64,000 bases of DNA. It comes from Nitrospirales bacterium. Lineage in GTDB: Bacteria > Nitrospirota > Nitrospiria > Nitrospirales > UBA8639. The translations under genes and the position numbers were made by a program. The notes below the pieces were generated by a model that did no database searches, was not told the DNA's origin, and saw only the letters and a program-made list of their open reading frames with translations. Position 1 is the stretch's first letter. Each line of letters opens with the position of its first letter. Of this stretch, positions 60,425-64,000 are shown in pieces. The stretch is taken from NCBI GenBank assembly GCA_963555755.3, contig OY820905.2, positions 1,472,001 through 1,536,000 on the forward strand, given 5' to 3'.

Positions 60425-61810
60425 TTAGGGATACAGACGAGCCGTCGGCACCTGTGCTAATAATTCATCGACTCGTCGATTAGACGATGTAAATGGATCC
60501 ATGCACAGAATGGTCTCTTCCCAGTATCCATTCAGTTTCAAATAGGTCCAATCCACAGTATACGAACGATTCTTCGCTCGTGCAAATCGAATGAAGTCTC
60601 CACGCACCTTGGCTCTGGTTGATTGCGGAGGAACCGTCATGGCCCGTTCAATGGCTTGTTCATCAATAATTTTAGCCACCTTCCCATGCGATTCCAGGAC
60701 GTAATACAAGCCCCGTTTCCGATTCACGTCATGGTATTGTAAATCCATCATCGCAATGCGCGGATCCTCCCACCCACAATGTTTCCGGTCGATGTACGCT
60801 TCCATCAACCACTTTTTGGTAACCCAATCCACTTCTTTCACCAATTGCATCGGGTCATCGTCCAAGGCGTTCAGCACCCGCTCCCATTCTTTCAACACAT
60901 CCGCCATCACCTTATCAAACGGCTGGGTGGGCAAATACTCCTGAGCCCGTTCTAAATACATGCGCTGAATTTCCAAACCAGTCAGCTCCCGTCCATCATC
61001 TAACTTCACGCGTTTCTTTAACGTGGGATCACGGGAAATTTCACGAATAGCTTTCACGGGGTCTTCTAATTCAATGCTGGGAAGGAAAAACCCGTCTTCA
61101 ATCATGGACAGAACCAACGCGGCGGTCCCAACCTTGAGATAAATAGTAAACTCGGACATATTTGAATCGCCCAGAATGATGTGAAGCCGTCGGAAGCGTT
61201 CGGCATCCGCATGAGGTTCATCTCGTGTATTGATGATACTTCGAGACGAGGTCGTCGATGAGGACGTTTTTTCATGGATGTGTTGTGCCCGCTGAGAAAT
61301 AAAATATTGCGGTTTGCCGGAAATCTTGAGAACTTTTCCTGACCCGGAAAAAATCTGGCGGGTCACAAAAAATGGAATAAGCTGCTCCGCCACTTTCCAA
61401 AAATCCACGTCTCGCCGCATGAGGAAATTCTCATGGCATCCATACGTATTCCCCAAGGAATCCGTGTTGTTTTTGAAAAGAAAAATGTCGCCGGAAAGAC
61501 CCTCTTCGCGGAGACGTTCTTCGGCAGCAGGCAGGCATGATTCTAGGATCCGTTCTCCAGCCTTTTCATGGACGAGGAGCTCAAAAATGTCATCACATTC
61601 TGGAGTGGAGTATTCAGGATGACAACCGGTGTCTTGATAAAACCGCGCACCGTTCGTCAAGAACGCATTGGAAGGCCAGCTATTGGGAATGAGCCCCTCA
61701 AAGATATAGCCAAGAATCTTCTCAATAGGCAGATACACTCGCCCATTGGGAGAAAACGTGAGACCATATTCACATTCAAGACCATAAATTCGTTTCATCA
61801 TGGATGACAC
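60425..61810 (-). CDS. pafA: Pup-protein ligase
   Basis: RIYGLECEYG, NGARFY.D...HPEYSTPEC, YGCHEN, RRLHII.GDSNMSE, TRAKVRGDFI, YTVDWTYLKLN, MDPF. Confidence 0.9.
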   Translation of the reverse strand: MSSMMKRIYGLECEYGLTFSPNGRVYLPIEKILGYIFEGLIPNSWPSNAFLTNGARFYQDTGCHPEYSTPECDDIFELLVHEKAGERILESCLPAAEERLREEGLSGDIFLFKNNTDSLGNTYGCHENFLMRRDVDFWKVAEQLIPFFVTRQIFSGSGKVLKISGKPQYFISQRAQHIHEKTSSSTTSSRSIINTRDEPHADAERFRRLHIILGDSNMSEFTIYLKVGTAALVLSMIEDGFFLPSIELEDPVKAIREISRDPTLKKRVKLDDGRELTGLEIQRMYLERAQEYLPTQPFDKVMADVLKEWERVLNALDDDPMQLVKEVDWVTKKWLMEAYIDRKHCGWEDPRIAMMDLQYHDVNRKRGLYYVLESHGKVAKIIDEQAIERAMTVPPQSTRAKVRGDFIRFARAKNRSYTVDWTYLKLNGYWEETILCMDPFTSSNRRVDELLAQVPTARLYP

Positions 61811-61882
61811 CTATTAAGGAAGCATACACCTCAGCTTCCATGACCTTCAACTGATTGAACCCAAGCATGACGAAGGATTGTG

Positions 61883-62570
61883 TTAGGAAAGAAGCGAAGA
61901 GAATTCGTCTTGGGAAAGACGTCGGAATTTTCGACCAGGACGAAGGCGGTCGAGTAGCGCAACCTCTAAGCCATCTAAAGCCACATCTTGCTCGGAAACC
62001 GTCTTTAACGCACTCACACAATGTTGCAGCGCTGACTTTAAATCCAGGAACTGATGATCGCCAGCCCCTTTTTGCAAGGCCGCAAGCAACGCTTCTGAAC
62101 GCCCTCCGATTGCCACGAATGAGCGCTCGTGGAAAATCGTGCCATCAAAGGCGATCCGGAAGAGTTCATTCTCACCGGGTTGTTCTCCCACCTGAGCCAA
62201 CAGAATTTCCACTTCAAAGGGTTTCATTTCTTGGCTAAAAATTGTTCCGAGTGTTTGGGAATACCCATTCGCGAGCGATCGTGCCGTGACGTCTTCACGG
62301 CTATACATAAACCCTTTTAAGTCCGCATGTTGAATGCCGGCTTTCCGCAAATGTTCAAATTCACTATATTTTCCTGCTCCGGAAAACGCGATGTTGTCAT
62401 AAATTTCCGAGACTTTGAATAACGACGTGCTGGGATTATCGGCCACAAACAGCACCCCATCTTGGTATTCCATGGCAATAACCGAACGGCCTTTGGCAAT
62501 ACCCTTCTTGGCATACTCAGCTTTATCCTGCATGAGTTGTTCGGGAGAAACATAGTAGGGCATTGACATG
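61883..62570 (-). CDS. prcA: 20S proteasome alpha subunit
   Basis: PYYVSPEQLMQDKAEYAKKGIAKGRS, KVSEIYD, YSREDVTARSLAN; start near MSMPY (approximate). Confidence 0.92.
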
Positions 62571-62571
62571 A

Positions 62572-63426
62572 TTAATCCTGCGTAACTCTGGCCCGAGCCA
62601 ATTCGTCGCACATGGAAGCAATCCGAGGTTCTTCGACATCTCGGACACCGTCCAGGTCAATGAGTTTCATGGTTGGAAAAATCCGGCGTAAGATATCGGG
62701 GCCACCGGTCCCCACATCTTCTTCCGCAGCGCTGAACAGGGCTTGCAGCGCAAGCCGAATCGCTTCCTCCTCAGGGAGATTCCGTCGATACCGTTCTTTA
62801 ATTGTGACTTTGGCGTCTTTTCCACCAGACCCAATGGAATGATAATCAGTCTCTTCGTATCGTCCACCCGTGACATCGTATTTAAAAATTCGACCCTGCC
62901 CGAGTTTCGAATCAAAGCCGACAAACAACGGGATAACCACGAGGCCTTGCATGACCATCGGCAAGTTGGCCTTGACCATCTGGCCTAATCGATTGGCTTT
63001 TCCCACACAGGACAACTGCACCCCGTCGATTTTTTCGTAATGTTCTAATTCAACACTGAACAGCTTGGCCATTTCGATGCAGGGTCCGGCTGCGCCAGCA
63101 ATCGCCATCGCGGAATGGCTATCAGTTTTAAACACTTTCTCCATGGTACGGGCGGCAAGTTGATACCCTTCCGTTGCTCGCCGATCACCGGCAATCAATA
63201 CACCGTGATCATATTTGATCCCCAGAACAGTGGTACCATGCGTAACCGAGGCAAAATACGCACCCTGAACGTCTTCCGCAGATACCGGAGCCGGCAACGA
63301 CCCACCCCAGCGAGCTGCTGGAGTTAATTCCGGTCGAGTTTGCAACAGGTAGTCAAAAAAACTCGAACACTGTACATGTGGTGACTGCAATGATTTCATC
63401 CATTCCATAACAAAAACACTCAACAA
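62572..63426 (-). CDS. prcB: 20S proteasome beta subunit with propeptide
   Basis: SSF.D.L propeptide, HG|TT processing site, AGDRRAT, ELEHYEK, GSGG; start uncertain. Confidence 0.92.
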   Translation of the reverse strand: MLSVFVMEWMKSLQSPHVQCSSFFDYLLQTRPELTPAARWGGSLPAPVSAEDVQGAYFASVTHGTTVLGIKYDHGVLIAGDRRATEGYQLAARTMEKVFKTDSHSAMAIAGAAGPCIEMAKLFSVELEHYEKIDGVQLSCVGKANRLGQMVKANLPMVMQGLVVIPLFVGFDSKLGQGRIFKYDVTGGRYEETDYHSIGSGGKDAKVTIKERYRRNLPEEEAIRLALQALFSAAEEDVGTGGPDILRRIFPTMKLIDLDGVRDVEEPRIASMCDELARARVTQD

Positions 63427-63449
63427 GAATATAATTATCGATTGAGAAG

Positions 63450-64000
63450 TTAGTGCTCCAAGGCAGACAACTTCGCGAGCAATTCCTCCGCCGTTTCGAC
63501 CCCATCCATTAACTCATTGGTCAATTCACGTGTGCCACGGGTGGGATCCATCAAGGGAACCCGTTTAATCGTGGTGTTCCCAATATCAAACAACACCGAG
63601 GTCCAACTCATGCCATAAATGTGTTTCGGAAATTTCTGCAGACACAGTCCTCGAAAATAGGCTCGTGACCCATTTGGCGCAACATGCTCAGCCTGAGAAA
63701 TGTCTTCATCGTGAAGCAAACGCTCGATCCGGTTTCCTCGCTCCAAGGTAAAGTACAGACCTTTGTTCGGGCGGATATCGTGATACTGAAGATCCATGAG
63801 CGCGGCTCGAGGATCATCCCAGCCACAACCTTTTCGATCGATGTAGGATTCAATCATCTGTCGCTTGGCTACCCAGTCAAGTTCCCGACCAAGCAGCATG
63901 GGATCTTTCTCCAAGGTATCCAAGACAGACTCCCAGCGAACCATGACATCCTTTGTCGCCAGGCTGAAATCACGACAGGCGTAAAAATCATGCGCAGCTT
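63450..64000 (-). CDS. dop: Pup deamidase/depupylase, 3' part (runs off the window end)
   Basis: LDWVAK, DLQYHD, RAYFRG.CL.KF, SW.SV.FD, RVPLMDP.RGT; matches the Dop rather than the PafA C-terminus. Confidence 0.82.
   Translation of the reverse strand, partial: AAHDFYACRDFSLATKDVMVRWESVLDTLEKDPMLLGRELDWVAKRQMIESYIDRKGCGWDDPRAALMDLQYHDIRPNKGLYFTLERGNRIERLLHDEDISQAEHVAPNGSRAYFRGLCLQKFPKHIYGMSWTSVLFDIGNTTIKRVPLMDPTRGTRELTNELMDGVETAEELLAKLSALEH

Overview
This is a bacterial chromosomal window, most likely Nitrospirota. That is inferred from the Pup-proteasome genes (dop-prcB-prcA-pafA) sitting beside Gram-negative envelope genes (TolC/MacAB-type efflux, KdsD, O-antigen ligase). Bases 1-4.7 kb are the promoter-proximal end of a minus-strand surface-polysaccharide locus: epimerase, GT4 glycosyltransferase, O-antigen ligase-like protein and kdsD/kpsF. 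Bases 4.6-17.2 kb look like a decayed genomic island inserted into the 5' part of kdsD. It is bounded by a 23-bp identical core, and the kdsD start and promoter region occur twice. The island holds an IS1380 remnant, IS66 with DUF4338, IS1595, IS5 with a nested IS481, a shattered 2OG-Fe(II)-type gene, a sulfotransferase-like gene, a trypsin-like protease, an FRG-domain gene, a DUF2726-like gene and attC-like remnants. Bases 17.5-64 kb are mainly housekeeping genes (comM/yifB, ltaE, tsaC, purD, purH, glgX, treZ, degP-like, a sigma-70 factor, ptrB, arfB, hsp20, an ABC efflux operon, LOG, M23 peptidase, the proteasome operon) plus three type II toxin-antitoxin pairs. Intergenic DNA is unusually rich in short repeats: at least five MITE families (some nested), an IS66-ended MITE, heptamer hairpins, a DUF559 nuclease gene bracketed by two 116-bp REP doublets, and a ~275-bp REP-containing tandem array inside the efflux operon. 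I saw no tRNA, rRNA or CRISPR array. All calls come from reading motifs by eye; no searches were run.
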